Shown here: positions 44,343 through 54,458 of the stretch, piece by piece
How positions within the stretch are numbered: the first letter of the stretch is position 1
Layout: every line of letters starts with the position of its first letter
Virus record (IMG/VR): IMGVR_UViG_3300023199_000204
Coordinates: 186,001 to 250,000 of that record
Reading direction: 5' to 3' (one strand)
DNA length: 64,000 nt
Notes under the pieces: generated by a model
Told to the model about the DNA's origin: nothing
Database searches by the model: none
Seen by the model: only the letters and a program-made list of their open reading frames with translations
Program-made: the position numbers and the translations under genes

Positions 44343-45140
44343 ATGAACTTAAAAAAATTAAATAAAGATGAATTTATGTCCTTAGTTTATTGTCAAGCAG
44401 ATTTTCTTAAAATATATAAAGAATGCGACAAATTAGGAATTGATGTTGAAAATGTTATTATGCCAATTCAAAAAAGGAATTTATATTCTGCCAATGGTAA
44501 CAGAATAACTTTGTTTAATAAATTTATTAAAGCATTATTTCCTAGTTATAATTCTCCTGTAATTAATGGAGTGGAAAATATCAGCCTTAGTGCGAACAAG
44601 GAACTAAATAAATTATATTCTTATGCTTGGAATAATAGATATAGCTTTACCAGTCTAGGAGTTCCAAATTATTTAGTCTCAGCAAACAGTGAGTTTAATA
44701 ATCTTAAAAGACAGTTTAATAATCTTTATCTTTATAAAGTTAGCATTTCCACTCTAGGTCAGATAGACATAGACTTATCACAATTTAAAACCAATAATAA
44801 TTTAATAGATAATTCTATAAAATTATATAGAGACTATGGTCTTAATATTGATTATTATAATGCTAGTGATAGATACTGTTACTCAAATATAATACCAGTT
44901 ATTAAAAAATTAGCAGTTCTTTCTGAAAAAATTAAAGTAGCTTTAATAAAACTAGAAGAATTACATAAGTTTTATATATCGGAATTAAAAGAGAGGAAGA
45001 AAAAAGTTTTAGATGGTGTTATAAAAAATGCCGCACAGCAACCGAGAAGCTATAGTCCTGAACTTGATAATAGAATTAAAAACATAAAAGAGAGCGATGC
45101 TCAAAGAGCATTTGAAGAAGCACTAAGGAATACACCGTAA
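44343..45140 (+). CDS. Hypothetical protein inside the Ubl operon (with small ORF 44089..44346)
   Basis: Translationally coupled to both neighbours. No family recognised. Confidence 0.6.
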   Translation: MNLKKLNKDEFMSLVYCQADFLKIYKECDKLGIDVENVIMPIQKRNLYSANGNRITLFNKFIKALFPSYNSPVINGVENISLSANKELNKLYSYAWNNRYSFTSLGVPNYLVSANSEFNNLKRQFNNLYLYKVSISTLGQIDIDLSQFKTNNNLIDNSIKLYRDYGLNIDYYNASDRYCYSNIIPVIKKLAVLSEKIKVALIKLEELHKFYISELKERKKKVLDGVIKNAAQQPRSYSPELDNRIKNIKESDAQRAFEEALRNTP

Positions 45141-45871
45141 TGAAATTAAGTACTTTAAATAATTCAGAAGTTTTAATCAAATTAACAGCAGACTCTTCCT
45201 CTGTGGAGGTAGATTTTATAGATAAAAAAAGTGAAATAGTTACTTCGAAATCAATATCAATTGACGAATTAATTCATAGTTTAGCCTCTGGATATTCTTT
45301 CAACACTGGTCTTCTTCCCAAAGGTATAAGATCATTTTCAGGAACAAAAGACTATTATACAGTAATAGTAGAAATGCCTGCCCGCAAAAGAAAAGTTTTG
45401 GTTATGGATTATAATTCTGAATTCTCAGAAGAAGAGGACAAGTTGCTTCCATTTCCTGATATGGTTTTTCTAATCAGAGTAAATAATTCTATTGTCGAGA
45501 TGGAAAGCTGTAGGCTCTTTGCCCTTAAAAGACCTATAGCTACATATAATGATCGTTTATATAGGTTTCCTTTAGGAAATGTATATGGAAAAGAAGAATA
45601 TAACTATAAAATATGTTGGAACTCGGTTAGAATGGATCCAGTTAATGAAATAGTTGAGATTAATCAAGTAATTGACAAGTTTTTTAACAGCACTTTTAAT
45701 GGTGACTTGATAAACGATGGAGGGATTTGTTTTAACTCAATGGTAGCACAAGATTTTAGTGAATTTCATTATCATTTAGCAGAATTAGATACGTTTCCAA
45801 TAAATACTTTAGTAGAGACAGATTTAACAATAAGAGATTTAATAGAAAAAGATTTGAATGGAGATTATTAA
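45140..45871 (+). CDS. Prokaryotic E2-like protein (family D / PRTRC protein B-like)
   Basis: LPFPDMVFL...LFAL...LYRFPLGNVY...ICW, with a candidate catalytic Cys in ICW. Confidence 0.7.
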   Translation: MKLSTLNNSEVLIKLTADSSSVEVDFIDKKSEIVTSKSISIDELIHSLASGYSFNTGLLPKGIRSFSGTKDYYTVIVEMPARKRKVLVMDYNSEFSEEEDKLLPFPDMVFLIRVNNSIVEMESCRLFALKRPIATYNDRLYRFPLGNVYGKEEYNYKICWNSVRMDPVNEIVEINQVIDKFFNSTFNGDLINDGGICFNSMVAQDFSEFHYHLAELDTFPINTLVETDLTIRDLIEKDLNGDY

Positions 45872-45873
45872 AA

Positions 45874-46980
45874 ATGGGAAAAAGAAAAAAGAATAAAAGG
45901 ACACGAAGTCATTCTTCAAATGATGTTACTCAAGGTAACAAAAGAGCTATTATAGTAAAAAATGGCAAAAGCTGCTACGGGCAAAATACTAATCATAGTA
46001 AGAAGCTTTCTGAAGAGGATAAAAAGAAAATGGTTTCTCTACAAAAAATGATGGTTGGTCATTATGTAGAAAATATACCCGAAGATGCTCCAAAAAAAAT
46101 TAATTATGTTCTACAGGGCAATGGTGTTTATGAGAAAAGAGAAAACGATATTGGAGTTTTTATAAGAAAGGTGTCCGCGACACAAGTTCCTGGACTATAC
46201 TCTCCTATTACAGAGGGCTGGAGTCTTAAAGTTCCATTAATACCAGCAGAACTTCTTTGTAAAGCAATTTCTTTTTTCAGAAAAATTTGTAAAACTATGA
46301 ATGAGAGTGAAGTGTTTCTTCAGTTCTTTTTTGATAAGACGAAAGAGGAGTATTTCATACATTGTCCTAAACAAAAAGTTGGAAAAGGTTCTGTAGAGTA
46401 TGAAAATGATGATGTGTATAGAGACTCAAATAATATTTTAGTATTTGAAATCCATAGCCATAATACTATGGACGCGTTCTTTTCAACTACCGATGACGGT
46501 GATGAAAAAGAGGATAGGTTTTATGGGGTTGTTGGAAAACTTAATGAGCATATGCCAACAATTAAATTACGCGGAGTCTTTGCTGGCAAAGAGACTGAAA
46601 TAAAAGTAGAAGATATTTTCGATCTAAGTGGAGACCAATATCATAGTCTAGAATTCCCTAAAGAATGGGAAAATAATGTTACTGTTGCGAATTATTCCGA
46701 GTCTTATAGAGGTTTCTTTTCGTCAGAAAGTAGGAATAGATGGTTTGATAAGGATGATGATGAAACTAAAAAGGAAAGTAAAGAATCTAATTTTGATTTG
46801 GTTGTTTATAATGGGGGACAAGGAAGTGTTCCAGGAAACACTGATAAACCTAAACCTAAATCTAAACTAGATGAAGAAATTCAAGCCATTATGAGTAAAT
46901 ATTATCGTGAGCCATCACAAGATAATGACGACGATAATGATGTAAATGAACTATATAGAAGAGGATATTTCTGGGAGTAA
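45874..46980 (+). CDS. JAB/MPN metallopeptidase (PRTRC protein A-like) with acidic tail
   Basis: E (NESEV) plus EIHSH-x7-S-x2-D (EIHSHNTMDAFFSTTDD). Confidence 0.85.
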   Translation: MGKRKKNKRTRSHSSNDVTQGNKRAIIVKNGKSCYGQNTNHSKKLSEEDKKKMVSLQKMMVGHYVENIPEDAPKKINYVLQGNGVYEKRENDIGVFIRKVSATQVPGLYSPITEGWSLKVPLIPAELLCKAISFFRKICKTMNESEVFLQFFFDKTKEEYFIHCPKQKVGKGSVEYENDDVYRDSNNILVFEIHSHNTMDAFFSTTDDGDEKEDRFYGVVGKLNEHMPTIKLRGVFAGKETEIKVEDIFDLSGDQYHSLEFPKEWENNVTVANYSESYRGFFSSESRNRWFDKDDDETKKESKESNFDLVVYNGGQGSVPGNTDKPKPKSKLDEEIQAIMSKYYREPSQDNDDDNDVNELYRRGYFWE

Positions 46981-46981
46981 A

Positions 46982-47830
46982 ATGAATTCATTACCAAAAG
47001 TATATTATCTTAGTGGTTATAGAGCAATAACTGATATATTTTTAGTTGGTTGTGGTGGAACTGGAAGTTATGTAGCACCTCAGTTGGCAAGATTAAATTA
47101 TTTGATGGGACTGGTAGGAGTTTCCAGGAAAAGAATAATTTTTATTGATGGTGATTCAGTTGAAGAAAAGAATATATCAAGACAGAATTTTATTAAATCT
47201 GATGTAGGAAAAAATAAGGCTCAGGTTTTAGCTAAAAGATATTCATTTGCTTTTCAAAATGAAATACATTCATATTTAAAATATTTAGAATCAGAGGAAG
47301 ATTTTCTAAGAATAATTAAATCTTCTGGAAGGCCAAGCTATCCATTAATAATTGGTTGTGTAGATAATAATAAGACTCGTCACGTGATTAATAGATTTAT
47401 TCAATCTTATAATAAGTCTGTTTTTTGGGTAGACTCTGGAAATGAAGAAACTAATGGACAAGTTATTTGTAGCTTTAAACCTATTTATAATGATTCTAGA
47501 GGAATTAATCCTAGAGAGGCTGCGCCTGGATCAAAAGGAGTATTTACAACCCCTACAGTTGTTGAAGTATTTGATAATATGACAGACACTGGTAAATTTA
47601 ATTCTGAATTAAGTTGCGCAGAAGCCTCTATTAGCAATCCCCAAAATATTATGACCAATGTATCTGCTGCTAATTTGGTAGTAAATTATATAAATAAAAT
47701 CTATAAAAGGGATGATATATCTTCTCACGGAGTTATATTTACCATAAATAATACATTTCAAACAATAATTAATACTGTAGAAACTCTAGCTAAAGTTAAT
47801 CCTGAAAGACTTTGTTCCTGGGAGACCTAA
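46982..47830 (+). CDS. E1/ThiF-family Ubl-activating enzyme
   Basis: VGCGGTGS, DGDSVEEKNISRQNF, GCVDN, DSGN and LSCAE (candidate catalytic Cys). Confidence 0.9.
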   Translation: MNSLPKVYYLSGYRAITDIFLVGCGGTGSYVAPQLARLNYLMGLVGVSRKRIIFIDGDSVEEKNISRQNFIKSDVGKNKAQVLAKRYSFAFQNEIHSYLKYLESEEDFLRIIKSSGRPSYPLIIGCVDNNKTRHVINRFIQSYNKSVFWVDSGNEETNGQVICSFKPIYNDSRGINPREAAPGSKGVFTTPTVVEVFDNMTDTGKFNSELSCAEASISNPQNIMTNVSAANLVVNYINKIYKRDDISSHGVIFTINNTFQTIINTVETLAKVNPERLCSWET

Positions 47831-48547
47831 AAAATGAATAATGAAATTAAATCAAATGATTTGCCCTTTGCGACTGATACAGAATGTGAAAGAATTCGTT
47901 ATAATCTCATTAGTAAGGGAATGATAATTGAAAATTTAAATCATACTGTAACTAAAAAAAATGGGAATGAAGCAGTTTCAACTAATGAAAATTGTAAATC
48001 ACTTAGGAATTACCTAATTAAAAAAGGGATTTTATCTAATAATTTATGCGAAGTTAATACTAGAAAAAATCTTCCAACTTCCTTAGAAGAAGGAAAATAT
48101 GAAACTAGACCTATTCAGTCTGATGCGGACTATTATAGTAGAAGACAAGCTTATTGGAGAGTTCTTCAGGAAGTTTTAATTTCTAGAATTAATTTGAATC
48201 TCATTTTAGGAAGTATAAAGCAATCAGATCCTGATTGGATATTTTAATGAATGTTATATGGGGTAATAGTGGAGGGATGGGTTTATTCGACTATTACTCT
48301 TTACAACATATTGTTTGGTTTATAGCAATAACTTTATTATGTTACTTATTTTTTTAACAGAGGATAGTGTTTTTAACTCTTATAGTAATAACTATTACTT
48401 GGGAAGTTATAGAATTCTATTTAGCAAGTCATTTTCCATCGTTTCCATTTGTTGGTAAAGAGGAGTTTATTAATAAGGTTATTGGAGATCCAATATCTAA
48501 CATTGCAGGTTATTATTTAGCGAAGACATCTATAAATAGGATAAGAA

Positions 48548-48850
48548 ATGAACAAAAACAAAACTCCTGCTTGGAAAAGACAGGGAAATAAAAGAGAATT
48601 TACTATTGGTCACTTGGAAGTTTATGTTAGGAATAATGATATTGATAAAGCAATAAGGGATCTTAAAAACAAAATGAACAAAGAGGGCATTTTGGCTGAG
48701 CTTAAAAAGCGTAGACACTATGAGAAACCTTCAGATGTTAAGAGAAAAAAGAAAAGAGAAGCAATTAAAAAAGCAAAGATAAAACTTGGAAATTTAAACA
48801 CAAGAAGAAAAAAGAAAAGTTCAAAAAAGAAGAGAGGCAATGCCAGTTAA
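48548..48850 (+). CDS. rpsU: Ribosomal protein bS21
   Basis: VYVRNNDIDKAIRDLKNKMNKEGILAELKKRRHYEKPS...KKREA. Confidence 0.88.
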   Translation: MNKNKTPAWKRQGNKREFTIGHLEVYVRNNDIDKAIRDLKNKMNKEGILAELKKRRHYEKPSDVKRKKKREAIKKAKIKLGNLNTRRKKKSSKKKRGNAS

Positions 48851-48892
48851 AGTATCCAAATCTGCCGAAAGATAAATTAAAGGAAGGAAGGA

Positions 48893-49333
48893 ATGAATAA
48901 TAAGGAAATATCATATGCTTATATGGCTGGTTTTGTTGATGCTAATGGCTCAATATCAATTGTCTCATTAGCAAAAACAAAGCAATATATAATTAAGATA
49001 TCAGTTTGTAATAGAGACAAAACAGTAATTGATCTTTTTAAAAAAGAGTTTTCCGGAGAAAAAGTTAGGAAAAGAATTCCAAAGAATGTAAATTGGAGAC
49101 CAATTTATGTTTGGTCACGCACCTCTTTAAAAGCTAAAGAGATAATTGAAAAATTATTGCCTTATTTAAGAATAAAAAAGAAACAAGCAAAATTAACTAT
49201 TAAGGCCCAGAAGATAAAATCTTCTGGATTACCAAATGATACGAGATGGAAGTTAGAGAAATTTGCAAAAAGGCAAGAAAAATTAAGAGTTTTAAAAGAA
49301 GAATGTAATCTTTTAAATAAAAGAGGAACATAA
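48893..49333 (+). mobile_element. Free-standing single-motif LAGLIDADG homing endonuclease
   Basis: AYMAGFVDANGSI, ISVCNRD, EKLLPYLRIKKKQA. Confidence 0.85.
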
Positions 49334-49719
49334 TGGGAATAACTATTACTAATAGTGCTCAAAATCAACTGAAATTATTAGTAAAAAATACAAATGAGTC
49401 TATTTTTTACTTTGGGGTAATTAGTGGAGGCTGTGTAGCATTTACATATATTTTTAGATTTATATCTTTAAAAGAAAAAGAAAAATATACTAAAACTCCT
49501 AAAAACTTTAAAGTTTTTAATTATGATGACTTTAAAATAGTTGTCGATAAAAAAAGTTATTTATATGTAAATGGAACGGAAATAGATTGGGTCGATAAAC
49601 TGATGGGCAAACATTTTGAGTTTCATAACCCCAATGTAAATTCAAGTTGTGGGTGCGGAGAATCAATAAGTTTTGAAATAAAAGAAGAAGGATTAGGAGA
49701 ACCTGATGAAGGAAAATGA
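49333..49719 (+). CDS. iscA: A-type Fe-S carrier (IscA/HesB family)
   Basis: ITITNSA, SGGCVAFTY, VDKKSYLYVNGTEIDW and NPN...SCGCGES. Confidence 0.88.
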   Translation: MGITITNSAQNQLKLLVKNTNESIFYFGVISGGCVAFTYIFRFISLKEKEKYTKTPKNFKVFNYDDFKIVVDKKSYLYVNGTEIDWVDKLMGKHFEFHNPNVNSSCGCGESISFEIKEEGLGEPDEGK

Positions 49720-50122
49720 TGAAAGTCATATACTTGACAATGAATCAAGGAAGGCAATAGAGGACTGGAACTCTTATATAAAGAATCATAATATTAGGTC
49801 AGGAATATTATCAATCTTAATAAGTCTGTTAGCAATAGGAACTATGCTTGGTGCTATATTTTTATCTTCATTTTTTGTAAACATTACATTTGGAAATTAA
49901 AATGGTTACTTCTGAATTACAAGATCTATTTAATATTAGAGTTGAACAGCTGTTTCTTTTAGAAAGTTTATATAGAAATCTAATTTTATCGGGTGATTTT
50001 ATACCAGATGATCTTATAGAAATTGAAGATGTCTGTAGTAAGGTTAAAGAAGAACTTGAAATTATAGATGGTGTTTTGCTTAAAAGATAAAAATTTACTT
50101 TTATATAAATTAGGATTTTAAT

Positions 50123-51178
50123 ATGAATGGAGATGGACAATTGGTTGTAGTAGAGAAAAGTAAACTAGGATCTATATTAACATTTGTAGGTTTTATGGTG
50201 GTAATTGGTCTTGGAATAACCTTGTTCTTTTATATAAGAGATCTAAAATCTAATAATGATAATCTTCGCGAACAAGTTATATCTCAAAAGAAACTTACGG
50301 AATCTCTAATTAGAGCCAGTAATAAATGGGTCTCAAAAGATGAGCTTAAGAAAGACTTGTCCTCTCTATTAACAAAAAAAGATCTTGACTCATTAAAAGA
50401 TGACTTAAAAACTCAGGGCGCAGCTATATCTGCGGTAGGAAAAACAATAGGTGTTTTGAGTGGCAAAATATCTCAATTAGAAACAAGTGATGAGGTTGGA
50501 CCAGTAAACAATGAAGTTGTTAAATGTGAAGATGGAAGGCTGATTGATGTTCACGGCTATACAAAAAACGTACAAAAGAAAATAGTTAAGGATTCTAACA
50601 AGGCTCCAGTTGCTAAGGTAGAGTTTAACGCAGCAAATAAAAAACCGTGGATGTATAAAGTTTATAGTAAAGAATATTATTTAACAACTGTCGTTGGAAA
50701 GAATAATAACGGACAAAATGTATATTATCATACATTGAAATATTCTGTGCCATCCGAGACTGGTAATAAATTTTATGACATTAAAATTAAATCTTCTGAG
50801 TACAAACAATCTATAATTAAAAACAAAATGTTCTGGCTCAATCTAAGATTAGATGTAGTATCTTTTGTTGGAGGAAGAGCTTGGGCTTTCTCACAAGGAT
50901 GGGGAGGAAGGTCTGGTAGTTTATTATCTTTGGGCGGTGATTTAGGAATATCATTATCTTCATATGGTCCAACAAAAGTGGAAAGTATTTGGCGATTTTT
51001 TAGATTTGGACTAGGATATAATGCTGAAAGACAGGCGGCACACTTATCTTTTGCTCCAGTTTCTTTAAACTTTGGGTATTACATACCACTTATTACAAAC
51101 ATATATTTATCCCCTCAGGTTGCCATTGATACTGCTGGAGGGCTGACTATAAACGCAGGAATAGGATTTCAATTATGA
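50123..51178 (+). CDS. Membrane-anchored coiled-coil protein with a beta-strand-rich C-terminus
   Basis: One N-terminal TM helix, a coiled coil, and amphipathic strands ending INAGIGFQL. Confidence 0.45.
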   Translation: MNGDGQLVVVEKSKLGSILTFVGFMVVIGLGITLFFYIRDLKSNNDNLREQVISQKKLTESLIRASNKWVSKDELKKDLSSLLTKKDLDSLKDDLKTQGAAISAVGKTIGVLSGKISQLETSDEVGPVNNEVVKCEDGRLIDVHGYTKNVQKKIVKDSNKAPVAKVEFNAANKKPWMYKVYSKEYYLTTVVGKNNNGQNVYYHTLKYSVPSETGNKFYDIKIKSSEYKQSIIKNKMFWLNLRLDVVSFVGGRAWAFSQGWGGRSGSLLSLGGDLGISLSSYGPTKVESIWRFFRFGLGYNAERQAAHLSFAPVSLNFGYYIPLITNIYLSPQVAIDTAGGLTINAGIGFQL

Positions 51179-53052
51179 TAATGATTTCTAAAGAAGCATA
51201 TAAGTTTCTCATAGAATCATATGAATATATGACAGAAATATTTTTAAATGATCCTTATGAGTTTTGTGCATCTGATAAAGAAGAAATGTTCTTAACTTAT
51301 AAAGAATTAGAGAACTTAGGTAGGAAACTGAATATTAGATTTTGGAGTCATATTAATAAAAATTGTAGTCAGTATGAAGTTGAAAGATTGGAAAGATTTA
51401 TAGAGGAATATAAAAACAATTAAGGAGAGAGATGGCATTTGATATTGAGGCCCTTAAAGTATTAAGGGAAAAGCAAAAAAATCTTATTAAGGAAATAAAA
51501 AAAAGAAACTAAAGTTTTATTTTTACAAGGAATAAAAGAACTTTTTAAATCTAATACGTGGATTAAAAGTATAGGTTGGACACAAGAATATTACAATTCG
51601 TTTCATTCTACAGCTGTTGATGGTGATGATATATATAAATGATATTTATACTCAGTCTAATCCATTATATGAGGAAGAGAAGGAGATTAAAAAATCTATC
51701 AATGAAATAGTTAAAGCATCTAAAACTCTTGGCAAAACACCTGAAGAATCTGAATTATATTTAGAACTTAACAAGACATTAAAATCCTTTAAAAATAGAA
51801 AAGTTTATGATGGACTTAATTAAAGGGAGTTTTGTTTAGTTTGGAACAATATATCTTCTTTCTTAAGAATATTTTCTCACGATGAGTACGAGAGTATGTT
51901 TGGAAATGGAGTAAAAATAACCTTAACTATGAAGAATAATGAAAAAATTGTAGTTTCTAAAGAATAATTGTATTAAAAATAGGAGTAAATATGGCACAAC
52001 AAACAGCTAACAGACTTAATCAATATGCTCAAAAAGTTTCGGCTTTACCGAAAGCATATGGATTATACGAACCGAATGGAACAACATTGAGAAACGTTCA
52101 TAGTACTAGAGCTTCAGCCGATGCCGAAGCACAGCACTTACTTAACATTAATGGAGTGACTCATCCAGTTATCGAGATTCCATTAATGGATCTAAATACA
52201 GTTAATTGGTGGTATGGAGGAGCATCAGGGAGTAATACCCAACCTTTAACTCCTAATAATGGATCAGGAAGTTCTGTTCCAATATCTATGCCATCTCCAA
52301 ATGCTTCTTCTGGAAGTACTCGGCAAAATAATGATGGGAGAAGTAGTTGCTATGCTTGTGGAAGCACGAGTTTAAAACAAGTAAGTTCTGGTTTTAGTTT
52401 TATGACCATTTGTGATGATTGCGGAGCCTAAGGGAAGGAATTAATAATGAAACAAGCTCAACTTAGAAAAAAAGTTTCTTTTATTGAAGATGGAAAAGCA
52501 AAAGAAAATAGTGAATTTAATTTTAGTATGCCTGAATGGAGGGCAGAATTAACTAGGCACTTTGAGTTTAATCACTTCAATGTGTTAGATTTCAATTATG
52601 ATGTCTCTGGGCTAATTACAATAGGAGCTACGCTAGTAGATAATATTTTATATTATGCTTTAGCAATGTGTTCTCCAAATGATAATTTCTCAAGAAAAGT
52701 TGGTAGAAACTTTGTTTTAAAACATATGATTGGACCTGACAGTACAAAGAGAGGCTTATTTAAAGTAAAAGAAGAACATCTTGATGATGATGTTGGAGAG
52801 CTAATGCAGGATGCGATTCAAGACTGGCTAGATAGAACTCAAAGAGTTCCTACTTGGATCAAGAAAACTCTTGGTGATTTTGGATATATAACTCTAGAAT
52901 ATAGAAGAAAGAGAAAAGAAACTAAAGTAGAAGTAATTGAACCTTCAGAAAAAGAGTCTATAGTTTCAGTTGCGGAGCAGATTTCAAATTCAGAGCAATC
53001 TACTAAAATAGATGATTTTAAATATGTTTGCGGTATTCCTTATTTTTAGGGC

Positions 53053-53080
53053 TTGACACGATTGAAATCGTGCTTATATT
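53053..53080 (+). promoter_or_regulatory. Sigma70-type promoter with an internal palindrome, upstream of hsp20
   Basis: TTGACA-16 nt-TATATT. The palindrome cacgatt-ga-aatcgtg overlaps the -35 box and spacer. Confidence 0.55.
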
Positions 53081-53125
53081 TGTATTATTATCCAAATATT
53101 CAATTATTAACAAGGAGGTGTAATT

Positions 53126-53554
53126 ATGTTAATTAGGAGACCTAATTTGTTTTTGAATTATTTTGAGGATTTTATGAGTGATTTCAGTACGTTTGAAAGG
53201 AAAGCTTCTTTACGAAGTCCAACCACTGATATATATGAAAAAGACAATAAGACATATATAGAAATGGAAGTTCCGGGATTTGATGTGGATGATATATCCA
53301 TAACCATAGATAATGGAGTTTTGAATATTAAAGCACATCAGGAAAATTCTAAAGAAGATGAAAGCAAACAATATCAAAGGCTTGAGAGAAAATCAAAATC
53401 TTTCAGCCAGTCTCTTGTTTTAAGCTCTGATATAGATCAAGAGAATATAGAGGCAAATTGTGATAATGGAATTTTAACTGTAGTTCTTACGAAAAAAGAA
53501 GTTCCTGAGCCAAAAAAAATACCAATAGCGAAGAGCCTTAAGTTAATAGAATGA
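53126..53554 (+). CDS. Small heat shock protein Hsp20
   Basis: DIYE...IEMEVPGF...DNGVLNI...ER.S.SF...NGILTVVL.K. Confidence 0.9.
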   Translation: MLIRRPNLFLNYFEDFMSDFSTFERKASLRSPTTDIYEKDNKTYIEMEVPGFDVDDISITIDNGVLNIKAHQENSKEDESKQYQRLERKSKSFSQSLVLSSDIDQENIEANCDNGILTVVLTKKEVPEPKKIPIAKSLKLIE

Positions 53555-53563
53555 TTAAATAAA

Positions 53564-53600
53564 GCCCTACTTAGGATAAAAAATTAATTCTAAGTAGGGC
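53564..53600. terminator. Hairpin after hsp20
   Basis: gccctacttag-15 nt-ctaagtagggc. Confidence 0.55.
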
Positions 53601-53678
53601 ACATTACCTATTAATTTAAAATCATTTTAAATTATGGAGGTTTGGATTGTTAGTGCCTCCTCGGAATAGGAGGTATTA

Positions 53679-54395
53679 ATGAAAAAATTGCTATTAACTT
53701 TTTTATTACTATTGCTATCTGCTTGTAGTGGGTGCTCTCATAATAAATTTGGGTCGGCAGAAATAGATAATAATTATTCAAAAGGATATTATTCTACTGT
53801 TTATTTTTCCAAAAAAGATGGGAAAATATTTGGTAGTGGAGCTATTATTTTAAATAGAAAAAACGAAAAAATGGTAATAATAACTGTGGGACATATTTCC
53901 AACGTCTTTTTATCTAGAGGTTGGAAGATGTATGTATCTACATCTTATGATCACAATGTTTATGAGGCAGAAACTCTAAAAGTAGATTATGGTAAAGATT
54001 TGGCGTTAGTTGTCACAAAAAAAATAATGAAAAGATCTGGACCTTATGTTAAATTAGCCAATGAACCGCCGAAGATAGGACAAAAAGCTTATATAGTTGG
54101 CGCTCCAAGCGGAACTAAAGGAATAGTAACTACTGGTATAGTTAGTGGTTATTTATTTTGTAATAGTCCATTAAAAAATTCGTGTCTTAAAAATAAACAC
54201 GATATAAATTTATATTATAGATTTAGTGGACCAGCGTTTTTTGGAAACTCTGGTGGTGGAATGTTTAATGAAAATAATGATTTACTAGGAGTTATAAGTT
54301 TTATAAAAAGCAAGAAGCTTTCTATATTTTCAACTATTCTTGAACCTGGTTCAGCTCACGCAGTGTCTTATCAACTAATTAAACAATTTATGTAA
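53679..54395 (+). CDS. Trypsin-like serine protease, lipoprotein
   Basis: Lipobox LSAC and catalytic triad TVGHI / DLALV / GNSGGG. Confidence 0.85.
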   Translation: MKKLLLTFLLLLLSACSGCSHNKFGSAEIDNNYSKGYYSTVYFSKKDGKIFGSGAIILNRKNEKMVIITVGHISNVFLSRGWKMYVSTSYDHNVYEAETLKVDYGKDLALVVTKKIMKRSGPYVKLANEPPKIGQKAYIVGAPSGTKGIVTTGIVSGYLFCNSPLKNSCLKNKHDINLYYRFSGPAFFGNSGGGMFNENNDLLGVISFIKSKKLSIFSTILEPGSAHAVSYQLIKQFM

Positions 54396-54415
54396 ATTAA
54401 AATAATTTTATTTTT

Positions 54416-54443
54416 AAGGGGAGCTAATTTAGCTCCCCTTTTT
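54416..54443. terminator. Bidirectional-type intrinsic terminator
   Basis: aaggggagcta-att-tagctcccctt-ttt, with a T-tract. Confidence 0.75.
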
Positions 54444-54458
54444 AATTTTGGAGAATAA

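Noticed and set aside
43846-47830. Thiamine or molybdopterin sulfur-transfer operon
   Set aside because: No ThiG, ThiH, MoaE or rhodanese is present. The E2-like and JAB genes and the KG(C) terminus fit conjugation-type systems better.
48876-49333. Group I intron hosting the LAGLIDADG gene
   Set aside because: Only 17 nt upstream and none downstream are non-coding, too little for a ribozyme core.
53645-53665. CIRCE/HrcA operator near hsp20 or groEL
   Set aside because: ttagtgcctc is only a partial resemblance. No TTAGCACTC-N9-GAGTGCTAA is present near either gene.
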